From assembly GCA_963803815.1 (NCBI GenBank), contig CAWDOB010000003.1, forward strand, positions 2,215,511-2,279,510: a stretch of 64,000 bases of DNA, written 5' to 3'. The notes under the pieces are model-generated. The model was not told the origin of the DNA. It saw only the letters and a program-made list of their open reading frames with translations, and did no database searches. This DNA is from an uncultured Planctomycetaceae bacterium (lineage in GTDB: Bacteria > Planctomycetota > Planctomycetia > Planctomycetales > Planctomycetaceae). Below are positions 53,052 through 63,153 of the stretch, one piece after another (the stretch's first letter is position 1; each line of letters opens with the position of its first letter). The position numbers were made by a program, and so were the translations under genes.

Positions 53052-54701
53052 TCAAAACACCCGGCGGATCCAGAACAACGTCAGCCCGGTGATCGCCGCG
53101 GCGCCGACGAGGTTCAACACGAACCCCCGCTTCGGCCATCGCGGCCATCGTCACCCGGCCGCTGCCGAAGACGATGGCGTTGGGCGGGGTCGCGACCGGC
53201 AGCATGAACGCGACAGCTCGCCGACGCCGCCGCGGGCAGCATGATGAGGGACGGTTCGACGCCGATCTCCTCCGCCACGCCGGCCAGCACCGGCAGGACG
53301 ATGGTGCAGGTCGCCACGTTGCTGGTGATTTCGGTCAGGAAGGTCATCACCAAGCAGACCGCCCCCACCAACACCCACTCCGGCTGCCCGCGGACCGCCT
53401 CGCCCAAGGCTCCGCCGACCCACTTCGGACAGCCCCGTCTCCTCGAACGCCAACGCCAGCGCCAGCCCGGCGCCGAACAGCAATAGAATGTCCCACGGCA
53501 GGCGCTCGGCGGTCTCCCAGTTCAGCAACCGCGAGTTCTTCCCGTCCCCCGCCGGCAGGGCGAACGCCAGCAGGGCGCAGCCGATCGCGATGGTGCTGTC
53601 GTCCGGCCGCAGGATCGGTCGCAGGCCGCGGTCGTCGACGTTGGTTTCGATCCAGTCTGCGCCGCCGCGTCGGCCTCCAGGATCTCGAACAGCGGTTTGG
53701 GCACGACCCATAACACCGCGGCGAGGCCGAACGCGATCAGCATCCGTTTCTCCGGCGTGGTCGTCGCCCCAGCGCCTTGAGCCGGTCGGCGAAGAACGAT
53801 CGGCCGATCGCCGCGGCGCCCGCGACCGGCCGCAGGTTCCACGTCAACAGGCCCCACGCCAGCGCCAGCAGGACCAGCGAGACCGGCCCGAACGCCAGCA
53901 TCCAACGGGGGAAATCAAATCGATCCGCGGCCCCCGCCCCGAACGAGGCGTCCCAAGCCCCTGAAGGCGAGGTTGGTGGGCGTGCCGATCGGCGTGGCGA
54001 TCCCGCCGACGCTCGCCGCCCAGGCGAGGCCCAGCAGCAGGGCGATCGTGAGCTTCTGTTGGTGAGGGGAGAGCTTTTGTTGGTGAGGTGGGAGGGGTGC
54101 GGAGGGAGGAGGGGACGATGACGGATCGCGATCATCCGCTCCCTCCGAGACGCCCGGTCCCGGGTTCGATTTGCCGAGGGCGTCCAACATCGCGACTGCG
54201 ACCGGCAGCAGCATGATGGTCGCCGCGGTGTTGCTGATCCACATGGAGAGCCCCGCCGCCGCGATCATAAAGCCGGCGACGACCCGTCGGGGCGACGTGC
54301 CGGTGAATCGCAGCGTGTGCAACGCGAGGCGTTCGTGCACGTTCCACCGTTCCAACCCCAACGCGAGCAGGAATCCGCCGAGATATAGAAATACCAGCTT
54401 GTTGATATACGCCCCGGAGGTCTCGCCGACGCCCAGCACCCCGCACAGCGGGAACGCGATCAGCGGGACGAGGCTCGCGGCGCCCAACGGGATCGCCCCG
54501 GTGAACCACAGCACGGCGGTGAGGGCGGTGACGGCCAGCGTTTTGTGCGCCTCCGGGCGTCATCCCCGCCGGCACGTCGGTCGCCAGCACGATGCCGAAC
54601 GTCAGCAAGCCCAACCACACGCCCCACCGGCCGAAGAACCCGGGGCGAGCGGATCCGACCTCGGTCACGGGCGCTTCAGCGGTCGCGGGCGGATCACTCA
54701 T
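53052..54701 (-). CDS. SLC13/DASS family anion transporter (several frameshifts)
   Basis: LSMWISNTAA, ATPIGTPTN, LPWDILLLFGAG, FLTEITSN and MLPVATPPNAIVF motifs. Confidence 0.88.
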
Positions 54702-54854
54702 GCGGGCGCTCGATTCGCCGTCGCCGGTAGGCGGCATGCGTCGCTCTTCAACAGGGTCGGATCAGGAACGGATCGACCGGGGATGATGCCTCCGAACGGC
54801 CCGCGGCGGTAGGCTGGGCGGACTTCCCGAACCTCGTGCCCCGCGTGTGTCCCG

Positions 54855-55711
54855 ATGCGAGACGTCTTCCCCCTCGGCGTGTTCACCAGCCTGGACGCCG
54901 GCCTCGGCGTGCGGTTGGACGTGGCGAAAGAACTGGCGATCCCCACCGTGCAACTGCACGCCCCCGCCCCGGCGAGCCGCGACCCGGTCCACGCCGCCCG
55001 GTTCCTCGCCGATCTGAACGACGCAAACATCATCCTGACCTGCGTGTTCGCCGGGTTTGAAGGCGAAAGCTACGCCAGCATCCCGGAGACCGCCCGCACC
55101 GTCGGCCTCGTCCCCCGCGACCTGCGGGAAGCCCGGGCGGCGGAACTGTGCGCGATCTCCGACTTCGCCGAGGAACTCCGCAGCCCCGCGATCGGCCTGC
55201 ACGTCGGCTTCGTCCCGGAGGACCGCACCGGCGAAGATTACAGGACCTGGTGAAGGTCGTCGGCCGCTGCTGCGATCACGCGGCGGAAAACGGCCAGACG
55301 ATCAATCTGGAGACCGGCCAGGAGACGGCGTCGCACCTGCTCGATTTTCTGGGCGACGTGGCCAAGGAGAACCTCGGCGTGAACTTCGACCCGGCGAACC
55401 TGCTGCTGTACGGCACCGACGACCCGCTCCCGGCGCTGCGAAAGGTGGGGGAGTTCATCCGTAGCGTGCACTGCAAAGACGCCCGCCGCGCCCCGAAGCG
55501 GTCCGCGGCAAGGAGTGGGGCGAGGAAGTCGCCGCTGGGCGAGGGCGAGGTCGGCATGACGGATTATCTGCGGACCCTGCACGAGATCGGCTACCGCGGC
55601 CCATTAACGATCGAACGCGAGATCCCCGAAGACCGCGCCCGCCAAAAAGCCGACGTGGCGAAGGCGCTGGACGTGCTCAAAGCGGCGCGGGCGGAGGTGC
55701 TGGGGGAGTGA
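54855..55711 (+). CDS. Sugar phosphate isomerase/epimerase (xylose-isomerase-like TIM barrel), frameshift near 55240
   Basis: LHVGFVP, LETGQE, VNFDPANL..YG, VHCKDA, GYRGPLTIERE. Confidence 0.88.
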
Positions 55712-55901
55712 GCACACACCGATCAATCGCAGCCGGGAAGCGTCGGGGGGCCGGTCCCCGGGGCGCTGCGGGGTGAACCGGAAATTTTCGACGAAGGCGG
55801 AAATTGGCGCAACGGTCGGCCACCGCGGCCCGATAACCTACGGCCCCCAACGGACCGAACGCCGTTCGCTCCTGATATCCTGCCACCCCCGCCCCGCGTC
55901 C

Positions 55902-56420
55902 ATGGTCTCCCAAAAGAAATTCGAGTCGTACCAAAAGCTCGACGAGTACCTCGCTGGAAATCCGCACCTGCTCTCCTGGAGCGGGCGCCGGTCTCTAAAA
56001 ATGAACTCCGGTTCCGCTTGGAAGAAGTTTTACAAGTTTGTCAGTAACGAGGGGATGGCGAACCGGGCGGGGCGGCAGAGCGGTAATGAACTTGTCGTCT
56101 ACGGGAAGCTGGGCGACGAATCCGGGACGCTGACTTCGGTGAAGTGGGTGCTCGTCCAGCGAAAGGGCGGCGGATCGAAAAAGTTGATCTACGGCAAGAT
56201 GGCGGCCATTGGAAAGGGTTTTCGGCACAAGGTTTGGCATAAGGTCGCCGCCCCCGTTTCCGCCGCCAGACAGCGCCGTCTCGATGGCGAACTCATGGAT
56301 GAGGTTGAATCTGAGATGGCGGAGATGGGGTTCACGCCCGAAGCGATTGAAACGCAGAAGCGCCTGGGAGAGATGTCCGATAAGGAGTTCGAACAATTCG
56401 CCCGCGCCAACGACCTCTGA
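55902..56420 (+). CDS. Hypothetical protein, Lys-rich and more A/T-rich than flanks
   Basis: Open frame with non-shadow composition; no motif recognised. Confidence 0.55.
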   Translation: MVSQKKFESYQKLDEYLAGNPHLLSWSGRRSLKMNSGSAWKKFYKFVSNEGMANRAGRQSGNELVVYGKLGDESGTLTSVKWVLVQRKGGGSKKLIYGKMAAIGKGFRHKVWHKVAAPVSAARQRRLDGELMDEVESEMAEMGFTPEAIETQKRLGEMSDKEFEQFARANDL

Positions 56421-56548
56421 TCGATCAGTCCGCCCGGCGAGCCGGCGGCACGCCGTGGAGGACGCGTCGGAAGCAAAGCAAGGACGTGGCGACGAACGTA
56501 CGACGATCAATCCTACGGCGATGGGACGCCGCCGGACGCCCCGTATAA

Positions 56549-56590
56549 AACCGCGACCGTCAGGGAGCCGGCTCCCTGACGGTCGCGGTT
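56549..56590. repeat. Perfect 42-bp palindrome, family B
   Basis: AACCGCGACCGTCAGGGAGCC|GGCTCCCTGACGGTCGCGGTT between convergent genes. Confidence 0.9.
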
Positions 56591-56615
56591 CTCGTGTGCT
56601 GTGCCGCCCCGGCCT

Positions 56616-57392
56616 TCACCTCTCCAACAACCGTCGCAGCGGGGTTGGGAAGCGGGCGACGTTCTCCGCATAGGTTGCCGAAAGCGGGACGTTCACATAA
56701 TGCCCAGGGTCTAGGAACAGCGGCATATCGGGCAGGTCGTCCCCGACGGCCAGCGGCTGGAGATAAGCCACGGGCGGATCGTCGGCGACGTAGGAGGCGA
56801 GCGTCAGCGGCGTCGCCGGGTCCAGCGTATAGTCGTCGCCCCATTCCGCCCCGATCTCCCCGGGCATCCCGTCCGGGGCAGACGGGGTCGGCGGATACAA
56901 ATCGACGACCAACACGTGCACGCCCGCCTCGACCGCCGAGACGACCTTGCCCACGAACTGCGCCACGCTCGCCGGACGGTCCTTATTGGAGCGGGAGACG
57001 ATTTCAATCAGCCCGACCAACCGGCCGTCGTCGTCTCGCCGGACCGCCAGATATTTTCGTTGAACGCGAGTGCGGGCGGCGCCGTTGAGTTCACGCCGTT
57101 GGGCCACCGGCGGCGGAGCGGTCGCCACCGCCAGCCCGCCCCCGCCGGGCTCCGCAACGGATCCCGACGCATGGGGGGCTGGGGCGTGAAGAGCCACCAG
57201 ATCGGGCACGACCTCACCAGTCGCCGATTCTAACATCGCGTAGTACCCGTCCGGCATGGCGCCGCCGTTGAGCGCGTCGTAAAGCCGGGTCAGCCATGAG
57301 TTATGAAACCCGCGGAAGGCGTCCGCGGGCAGCCGGGTGAAATCGTGGACGAGCATCGCGACGAGGCGGCGAACGGGGGCGGGAGCCGCCAT
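56616..57392 (-). CDS. DUF4058 family protein (planctomycete, restriction-endonuclease-like)
   Basis: FHNSW, IEIVSRSNK, GVHVLVVDL, LAVGDDLPDMPLFL, VPLSATY. Confidence 0.8.
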   Translation of the reverse strand: MAAPAPVRRLVAMLVHDFTRLPADAFRGFHNSWLTRLYDALNGGAMPDGYYAMLESATGEVVPDLVALHAPAPHASGSVAEPGGGGLAVATAPPPVAQRRELNGAARTRVQRKYLAVRRDDDGRLVGLIEIVSRSNKDRPASVAQFVGKVVSAVEAGVHVLVVDLYPPTPSAPDGMPGEIGAEWGDDYTLDPATPLTLASYVADDPPVAYLQPLAVGDDLPDMPLFLDPGHYVNVPLSATYAENVARFPTPLRRLLER

Positions 57393-57410
57393 GATAACGG
57401 CCCAATTGCC

Positions 57411-58160
57411 CTATCGGACCGGGGAAGCGCCGGTCGGAGCCGCCCCCTCCGGGGGGGTGCGGGTTTCGACGCACCAGGCGAGGCGCAGCAGGTCGGCCAG
57501 GGAGGCGGCGCTGAGTTTCTTCATCAGGCCGCTGCGGCGCATCTCCACGGCCCGGACGGTCACGCCGGCCCGCTCCGCAATGTCGCGGTTGGGCAGGCCG
57601 CGCTTGAGGGCGTTCAACACCTCCCGCTCCCGGCTGGTGAGGGTCGCGAACCGGCGGTCCAGCGCCGCCAGCGCCTGTGCCCGGTCGCGGCGGAGGGCGT
57701 CGCGGCGGACGGCCCGCTGCACCCGTTCCAGCAACGCGTGCCGGTTGAACGGCTTTTCCACGAACTCCGCCGCCCCGCTCTGCATCGCCCGCACCGCCAT
57801 CGGCACGTCCGCGTGGGCGGTGATAAAGATGACCGGCAGTTCGCCCCCCTCCGCTTTGAACGTCTCGTACATATCCAGGCCGCTGGTCCGCGGCATCCGC
57901 ACGTCCGTCACCAGACAGCCCGGGCCGTCGTGGGGGGCGCCGTCGGGGCCTTCGTCCAGGCCGCCGTCGCGGTGTCGGTTCAGAAACTCCGCCCCGGACG
58001 CATAGCAGCAGGCCCGCATCCCCACGCTTTCGATCAGCCAGCGAAGCGAATCCCGCATCTCCGCGTCGTCGTCCACCAGATGCACCGTGGGCACGGCCGG
58101 CATGTCGGGACTGACGGACGCTTCGGGATCGGCGGCGATCGGGGGGGCCGTGATGCTCAA
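57411..58160 (-). CDS. FixJ-type response regulator (REC plus LuxR HTH)
   Basis: VDDD, CLVTDVRMP, FITAHADVPMAVRAM, EKPF, LTSREREV...N..IA. Confidence 0.92.
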   Translation of the reverse strand: MSITAPPIAADPEASVSPDMPAVPTVHLVDDDAEMRDSLRWLIESVGMRACCYASGAEFLNRHRDGGLDEGPDGAPHDGPGCLVTDVRMPRTSGLDMYETFKAEGGELPVIFITAHADVPMAVRAMQSGAAEFVEKPFNRHALLERVQRAVRRDALRRDRAQALAALDRRFATLTSREREVLNALKRGLPNRDIAERAGVTVRAVEMRRSGLMKKLSAASLADLLRLAWCVETRTPPEGAAPTGASPVR

Positions 58161-59818
58161 GCGGGAGGGTTGTGCGAGCCGGGCAGCGACAGGCCGAACC
58201 GGGCGCCGGCGCCGGGGACGGAGCGAACCGACAATTCGCCGCCGTGGGCCTCCGCGATCGACCGGGCGATCGCCAGGCCGATGCCCGTTCCGCGGGCACG
58301 GCCGCTATAAAATGCGTCAAACACGCGGTCCGCCTCGTGCGGGGCGAGGCCGTCGCCGTTGTCTTCCACGAACAGTTCGACGCGGCCCGGCCCGGGGGCG
58401 CACACGCCCAGAATCACCTGCGGATCAGGGGAACCGGCGGCTTCGACGGCCTCGAAGGCGTTGGTGAGGAAGTTCGTCAAGACCTGTTGAAGTTGGACGC
58501 GGTCGCCGGTGATGAGATTCACGTTCCGTGCCGTTGGCGGCTCGATGCGACACTCCAACCGCACGCCGCGGCGGCGGGCCTCCTCCCGCATGAACTCCGC
58601 GACCTCCCCCGCCAGGGCGGCCGGGTCCAGGGGGGCGAACTCCACCGGCCCGCGGGCGGCCCGGCGGCGGATGCGGGCGACGATCGTGCCGGCCCGCAGC
58701 GCCGCGTCCCGCGCCTTCCGCAGCGCCGCGGTCACCTCCCGCCCCGCCCCGGCGTTTGCGTCTCCACGGTCTGCGTTCCCGGCCGGTCCCGGTTCCAACC
58801 GCAGCAGGCAGCCTTCAATATAATTCACCACCGCTCCCAGCGGTTGGTTGAGTTCATGGGCGAGGCCGGAGGCGGTCTGCCCGATCGACTGGGCACGGCC
58901 GACGCGGGCGTATTCGCGGAGCAGGTTCCGCTGTTTTTCCTCGGCTTGCAGACGGTCGCGGTGTTCGCGGTGCAGGGCGGCGTTGGCGTGTTCCAGATCG
59001 CGGGTGCGGTCGGCGACGCGCTCTTCGAGCCGGTCGCGGGCGTCCCGCAGGGCGGCGACCTGCCCGGCGATGGTGCGTCCCGCCGGCCGCAGCACGAACA
59101 GCCCCACCGCCGCCAACGCGACCAGCAGCAAGCCCGTCAGCGCCCACCCGGTCCGCCGCAGGCCGGCGACGCGGCGGCGGGAGTGGGCGTCGTAGAGATT
59201 GACGATCCGGTCCATCCGCGGCAGGAACGCCCGTTCGGCGGCGAGCATCGTGCGGCGGTGCACGGCGGGGTCGCCGCGACCGGCGATCAACTCGCGGGCG
59301 GCGTCGCGGGCGGCGACGAAGTGCGGCTCCAACGCGTCAAACGCCGCCGCGATCTCCGGCGGGTTCTCGCCCGGCAGGTTCAACGCGGCGTCGCCGGAGC
59401 GCAGGCCGCGGTGCGACCGCGTCCACAACGCCAGCGTGGCGGCGAGTTCCTCCCGGTGGGCGGCGCGTTCGTCCGGGGTCGCGGCGATGCGCTCCGCCAA
59501 CGCCGCCTTCGCCAATCGCTGGCTGAGCATCCGCTGACGCCCCGCCACATTAATCACCGGCGCGTCCGTCGCCAGCGCCAGCAGGGCCGGCTGGACCAGC
59601 GCCTGATTCGCCACCGCCAGCGCCGCCGCCACCGTCATCGCCGCGGCGAACCGGCGATTCAACATCCGCCGCGGGTCCGCCCGCGAGGCGCCCGTCGGCG
59701 GCGGGGCGTCCGCAGACGGCGCCTCCGCAGACGGATTCAGGTCCGGGGACGGCGGGGGAGCGGCGGGGGCGGTCATGGCGGGGCGGCCCCTGTTCCGGAG
59801 TTTCAAGGTGTCGGGCAT
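58157..59818 (-). CDS. Sensor histidine kinase with NarX/PilJ-like periplasmic domain
   Basis: TM-INVAGRQRMLSQR...-TM, LAHELNQPL H-box, DRVQLQQVLTN, DNGDG, GTGIGL. Confidence 0.9.
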   Translation of the reverse strand: MPDTLKLRNRGRPAMTAPAAPPPSPDLNPSAEAPSADAPPPTGASRADPRRMLNRRFAAAMTVAAALAVANQALVQPALLALATDAPVINVAGRQRMLSQRLAKAALAERIAATPDERAAHREELAATLALWTRSHRGLRSGDAALNLPGENPPEIAAAFDALEPHFVAARDAARELIAGRGDPAVHRRTMLAAERAFLPRMDRIVNLYDAHSRRRVAGLRRTGWALTGLLLVALAAVGLFVLRPAGRTIAGQVAALRDARDRLEERVADRTRDLEHANAALHREHRDRLQAEEKQRNLLREYARVGRAQSIGQTASGLAHELNQPLGAVVNYIEGCLLRLEPGPAGNADRGDANAGAGREVTAALRKARDAALRAGTIVARIRRRAARGPVEFAPLDPAALAGEVAEFMREEARRRGVRLECRIEPPTARNVNLITGDRVQLQQVLTNFLTNAFEAVEAAGSPDPQVILGVCAPGPGRVELFVEDNGDGLAPHEADRVFDAFYSGRARGTGIGLAIARSIAEAHGGELSVRSVPGAGARFGLSLPGSHNPPA

Positions 59819-59877
59819 CGAACGATGCCGAGCGGGCGCCGGCGGCTCTCCCCGCAGGGAGGGTCGCCCGCGTCGGC

Positions 59878-60600
59878 TCAGGCGGAGCCCCCCGCGTCCA
59901 GCCCCGCGAACAGCAGGCTGCCGAGCCGGACGTGCGTGGCGCCCTCGGCGATCGCCGATTCAAAATCGCCGCTCATGCCCATCGACAGAACCGGCAACGC
60001 CTCTTCGCCGCCCAGTTCGTCGCGCAGTTCCCGCAGCCCCGCGAACGCCGGTCGGGCGGTGCGCGTCCACGTCGTCGGGCTCCGCGGCGGGCGCCATCGT
60101 CATCAGACCCCGCACGATCACGTGGGGGAACCGCCCGTTCGATCCGCACGGGGGGCCTGCGGCGAACAGGTCGCGCACCGCATCCGGCGTGAACCCGCCC
60201 TTCGACTCCTCCCCGGATACGTTCACCTGGAGCAACACCGCCGGATTGAGGTCCTCCTCGCCCGCCACGCGATTGATCGCGGACAGCAGCTTTTCGCCGT
60301 CCACCGAGTGCGTGAGGGACGCCGCGGGCAGCAGTTTTCGCACCTTGTTCCGCTGGAGCTGGCCGATCTGATGCCAGCGGACCGGCGGGTCTGAAGCGAA
60401 CGCCGCGGCCCGCTCGGTCAGTTGCTGGGGGCGGTTCTCGCCGAGATCGCGGACGCCGAGGTCCAGCAGGTCGCGGACCCATTCGTCCCGGGCGTATTTC
60501 GTCACCGCGACCAGCGTGACGGCGGCCGGATCACGTCCCGCGGCGGTCGCGGCGGCGGCGATTCGGGCGCGGGCGGCGGCGAGGTGATGCGAGATGGGAT
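59878..60600 (-). CDS. yggS: PLP homeostasis protein YggS (frameshifted; start uncertain)
   Basis: LVAVTKY, LGENRPQ, WHQIGQLQRNK, HSVD, LQVNVSGEESKGG, GLMTMA, SMGMS, THVRLGS. Confidence 0.88.
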
Positions 60601-60727
60601 GGGGGATGTCGGATTTGGGAGGTGAGGGTCGACGGATGCGGTACGATAGCTCGTACGTCAGTTCATACGTCCTCTAGCTCGGACGTCCTGTCCGACATCC
60701 GCCATCGCACTTCCCACATCCCGCCCC

Positions 60728-61171
60728 ATGGCTTCCGTGCTGCTGATCGAGGACGACCGCGAGATCGCCGCCACTTTGGGCGGAGCCCTGCGGACCGCCG
60801 GGTACGACCTCCGCCACGCCCCCAACGGGATCAAGGGGCAGGAGTTGTACCTCGAAGAGCGTCCGGACCTGATCGTCACGGACATGATGATGCCCCAGCG
60901 GGGCGGCTTCCCGGTGCTGGAGTTCCTCGCCACCCAGCCGGATCCCCCGCCGGCGATCATGGTCACCGCCAACGAGGGCGGCCGGCACAAGGCGTACGCG
61001 GAGATGCTGGGGGTGGTGGACTACCTCCGCAAACCGTTCGCGATGGACCTGCTGTTGGACGCCACGGAAAAGGCCCTTGAAGCCTACCCGCCCGGCACCC
61101 CCGGCCCCCGCGCCCGAGCCGCCGCCGCCGAGGGGACGACGCCCGCACAGCCGGGACACGAGGAGGAGTGA
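60728..61171 (+). CDS. Single-domain response regulator
   Basis: [25 protein letters not shown]. Confidence 0.9.
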   Translation: MASVLLIEDDREIAATLGGALRTAGYDLRHAPNGIKGQELYLEERPDLIVTDMMMPQRGGFPVLEFLATQPDPPPAIMVTANEGGRHKAYAEMLGVVDYLRKPFAMDLLLDATEKALEAYPPGTPGPRARAAAAEGTTPAQPGHEEE

Positions 61172-61177
61172 GCCGAT

Positions 61178-61211
61178 CGCCCAAGCCGGAGCCGTGGCTC
61201 CGGCCTGGGCG
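61178..61211. repeat. Palindrome family D, second copy
   Basis: CGCCCAAGCCGGAGCCGTGGCTCCGGCCTGGGCG between convergent genes. Confidence 0.65.
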
Positions 61212-61231
61212 AGGTGAACAGGGAGCCTGAA

Positions 61232-61726
61232 TCAGGCGGCCTGTGCACCCGCGGTTTCGCTTGCCTGTTCGGCGGCCTGTTTCGAGAGCGTGTCGTGCAC
61301 CCACTGCGGGACGCTGAACCGGCGGGGGGCGCCGCCGTGGCCGGTCAGGTAATCCTTCCGCTTCAACCCCCGTGTGCGACACGAATGGCCGAGCGTGCGG
61401 ATCTTGGACAGCAGCGTTTCGACCGGCACGCCGGCGGCTTCGGAAAGCGCCGGGACGGTGAACTCCGCCTCCGGTTCGAAGTGGGCGGCGGCGAGCGTCA
61501 GAAACTCCCCGCAGGACAATGAGAGCAGTTGATTGAGGCCCCGCCGCACCGCCTGCGGGTCCATCGGGGGCGGGTCGTTCGGCCCGCCGCCCTTGCCGCC
61601 CGGCCCCCGACCGGGGCCGCGGTTCAGCTTGCCGTCGGGCCGATCGCCGGGGCCGTCGAGCGGCCGCATCAAACGCCGGACCAGTTCGCGTTCGGCAGGG
61701 ATCAGCGGATCGAACGTGACTTGCAT
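61232..61726 (-). CDS. Hypothetical protein, possible winged-helix
   Basis: FTVPALSEAAGVPVETLLSKIRTLG helix-turn-helix-like pattern. Confidence 0.5.
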   Translation of the reverse strand: MQVTFDPLIPAERELVRRLMRPLDGPGDRPDGKLNRGPGRGPGGKGGGPNDPPPMDPQAVRRGLNQLLSLSCGEFLTLAAAHFEPEAEFTVPALSEAAGVPVETLLSKIRTLGHSCRTRGLKRKDYLTGHGGAPRRFSVPQWVHDTLSKQAAEQASETAGAQAA

Positions 61727-61882
61727 CGGGGCGTCTTCGGAGACGGGGCGGGAGAGCGGCGGCCAACAGGCCGCCTGACAGGCCACAGTTTCGCCCCGCC
61801 TCCTCGCCGGTCAACGGGTCTGTCACGAGATGAACAGGCGGCCTGTCAAGATGGGGGGGCGCCCGTGCGGCCCGCGTCGAGC

Positions 61883-61907
61883 GTCGGCGGCTGGAAGCCG
61901 CCGCTAC
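61883..61907 (-). repeat. GTAG-type REP (family C), second copy
   Basis: Minus strand GTAGCGGCGGCTTCCAGCCGCCGAC. Confidence 0.75.
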
Positions 61908-61986
61908 GGATCGACGCGCCTCGCTCCGCCGGGCGGGCTCCGTCGCGGTCGGGGGGCGGGGCGGACAGACTGCCCGCGTCCTCGCC

Positions 61987-62040
61987 GTTCACCCCCTGTT
62001 CACTCCCCCCCTGTTCACTCCCCCCCCTGTTCACTCCCCC
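61987..62040. repeat. C-tract tandem repeat (CTGTTCACT-Cn) upstream of kinase gene
   Basis: GTTCAC core repeated four times with C-runs of varying length. Confidence 0.75.
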
Positions 62041-62054
62041 GCTGAGATCGGCCC

Positions 62055-63032
62055 ATGCGGATCTGCGTGATCTTCAACCCCGCGGCGGGCCGTCGGCGGG
62101 CACGGCGGCGGCTGGGCGGGTTCCTCACTCGCTGGGGCGAACGGGTGACGCTGCGTCCCACCGCCCGCCCCGGCCACGCCGCCGCACTGGCCGCCGACGC
62201 GGTGCGGGAGGGGTTTGACGTGGTCGCCGCCGCCGGCGGGGACGGCACCGTGCACGAGGTCGCCGACGGCCTGCTGCGGGCGACCGGCGGGGCGAACGAT
62301 TCATCCGAAGACGCCGCGTCCGGGGCCGGGCCGACCTTCGCCGTGGTTCCCATCGGCAGCGCCAACGACTATGCCCACAGCTTGAAGCGGCAGTTCGGCG
62401 TCGCCCCGCTCGACGCCCCGGCCGGCCACGCCGTGGACGTGGGTCGGCTGCGCTGGATGGACGCCACCGGGGCGGAGCGGGACCGGTTCTTCGTGTGTTG
62501 CTGCGGGGCCGGGCTGGCGGGCCGGGTGACGCTGGAAAGCCGCAAAATCGGCTGGTTGCAGGGCGTCCCGCTGTACGGGCTGGCGGCGATCCGGGCCGTG
62601 CGGGCGGCCGGTCCGCCGACCGATTGGACGGTCATCGGTTGGACGGCGACCGGTGGGAAGGCGACCGGCGACGACGCCTCGCCCGTCACGGCGCCGACGC
62701 GGTCCTTCCACACGCTGCTGGGTCGGCGGGAGGGCGGGTTCCTGCTGGCCCCGCGGGCGTCGCTGGACGACGGACTGTTCGACACCGTCCGCCTCGGCCC
62801 CGCCGGCCGGTGGGCGATGCTGCGGATGCTCCCCGGGCTGGCCCGCACCGGCCCGCCGATCGGTCATCCGCACATCACGACCGGCCGCGCCCGGTCGGTG
62901 CGGCTGGACAGCCCGACCCCGCTGGCGGTGCATGTGGACGGGGAACTGGCCCTCGTCCCGGCCGACGGCGTGCGTGCGGTGCGACTCGACCTGCTCCCGG
63001 GGCGCCTGCGGGCGACGGTGTGCGACGTGTGA
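62055..63032 (+). CDS. Diacylglycerol/lipid kinase family protein
   Basis: IFNPAAG, AGGDGTVHEV, PIGSANDYA, DDGLFD and VDGE motifs. Confidence 0.92.
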   Translation: MRICVIFNPAAGRRRARRRLGGFLTRWGERVTLRPTARPGHAAALAADAVREGFDVVAAAGGDGTVHEVADGLLRATGGANDSSEDAASGAGPTFAVVPIGSANDYAHSLKRQFGVAPLDAPAGHAVDVGRLRWMDATGAERDRFFVCCCGAGLAGRVTLESRKIGWLQGVPLYGLAAIRAVRAAGPPTDWTVIGWTATGGKATGDDASPVTAPTRSFHTLLGRREGGFLLAPRASLDDGLFDTVRLGPAGRWAMLRMLPGLARTGPPIGHPHITTGRARSVRLDSPTPLAVHVDGELALVPADGVRAVRLDLLPGRLRATVCDV

Positions 63033-63153
63033 GGGGGGCGGCTGATCGGTCCGGCCGTCGCTTGCGGTTTCGCGGGCGCCGTCACGGTGACGGGCGCCGC
63101 GAAACCACAAGCGGCGACTCCCAGATCGTCCGGGAGCCGCGGGGGGACGCGGA

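Noticed and set aside
47453-55711. Programmed frameshifting or mass pseudogenisation
   Set aside because: Breaks are scattered and hit essential-type genes, with no shared slippery motif seen; sequence error is simpler.
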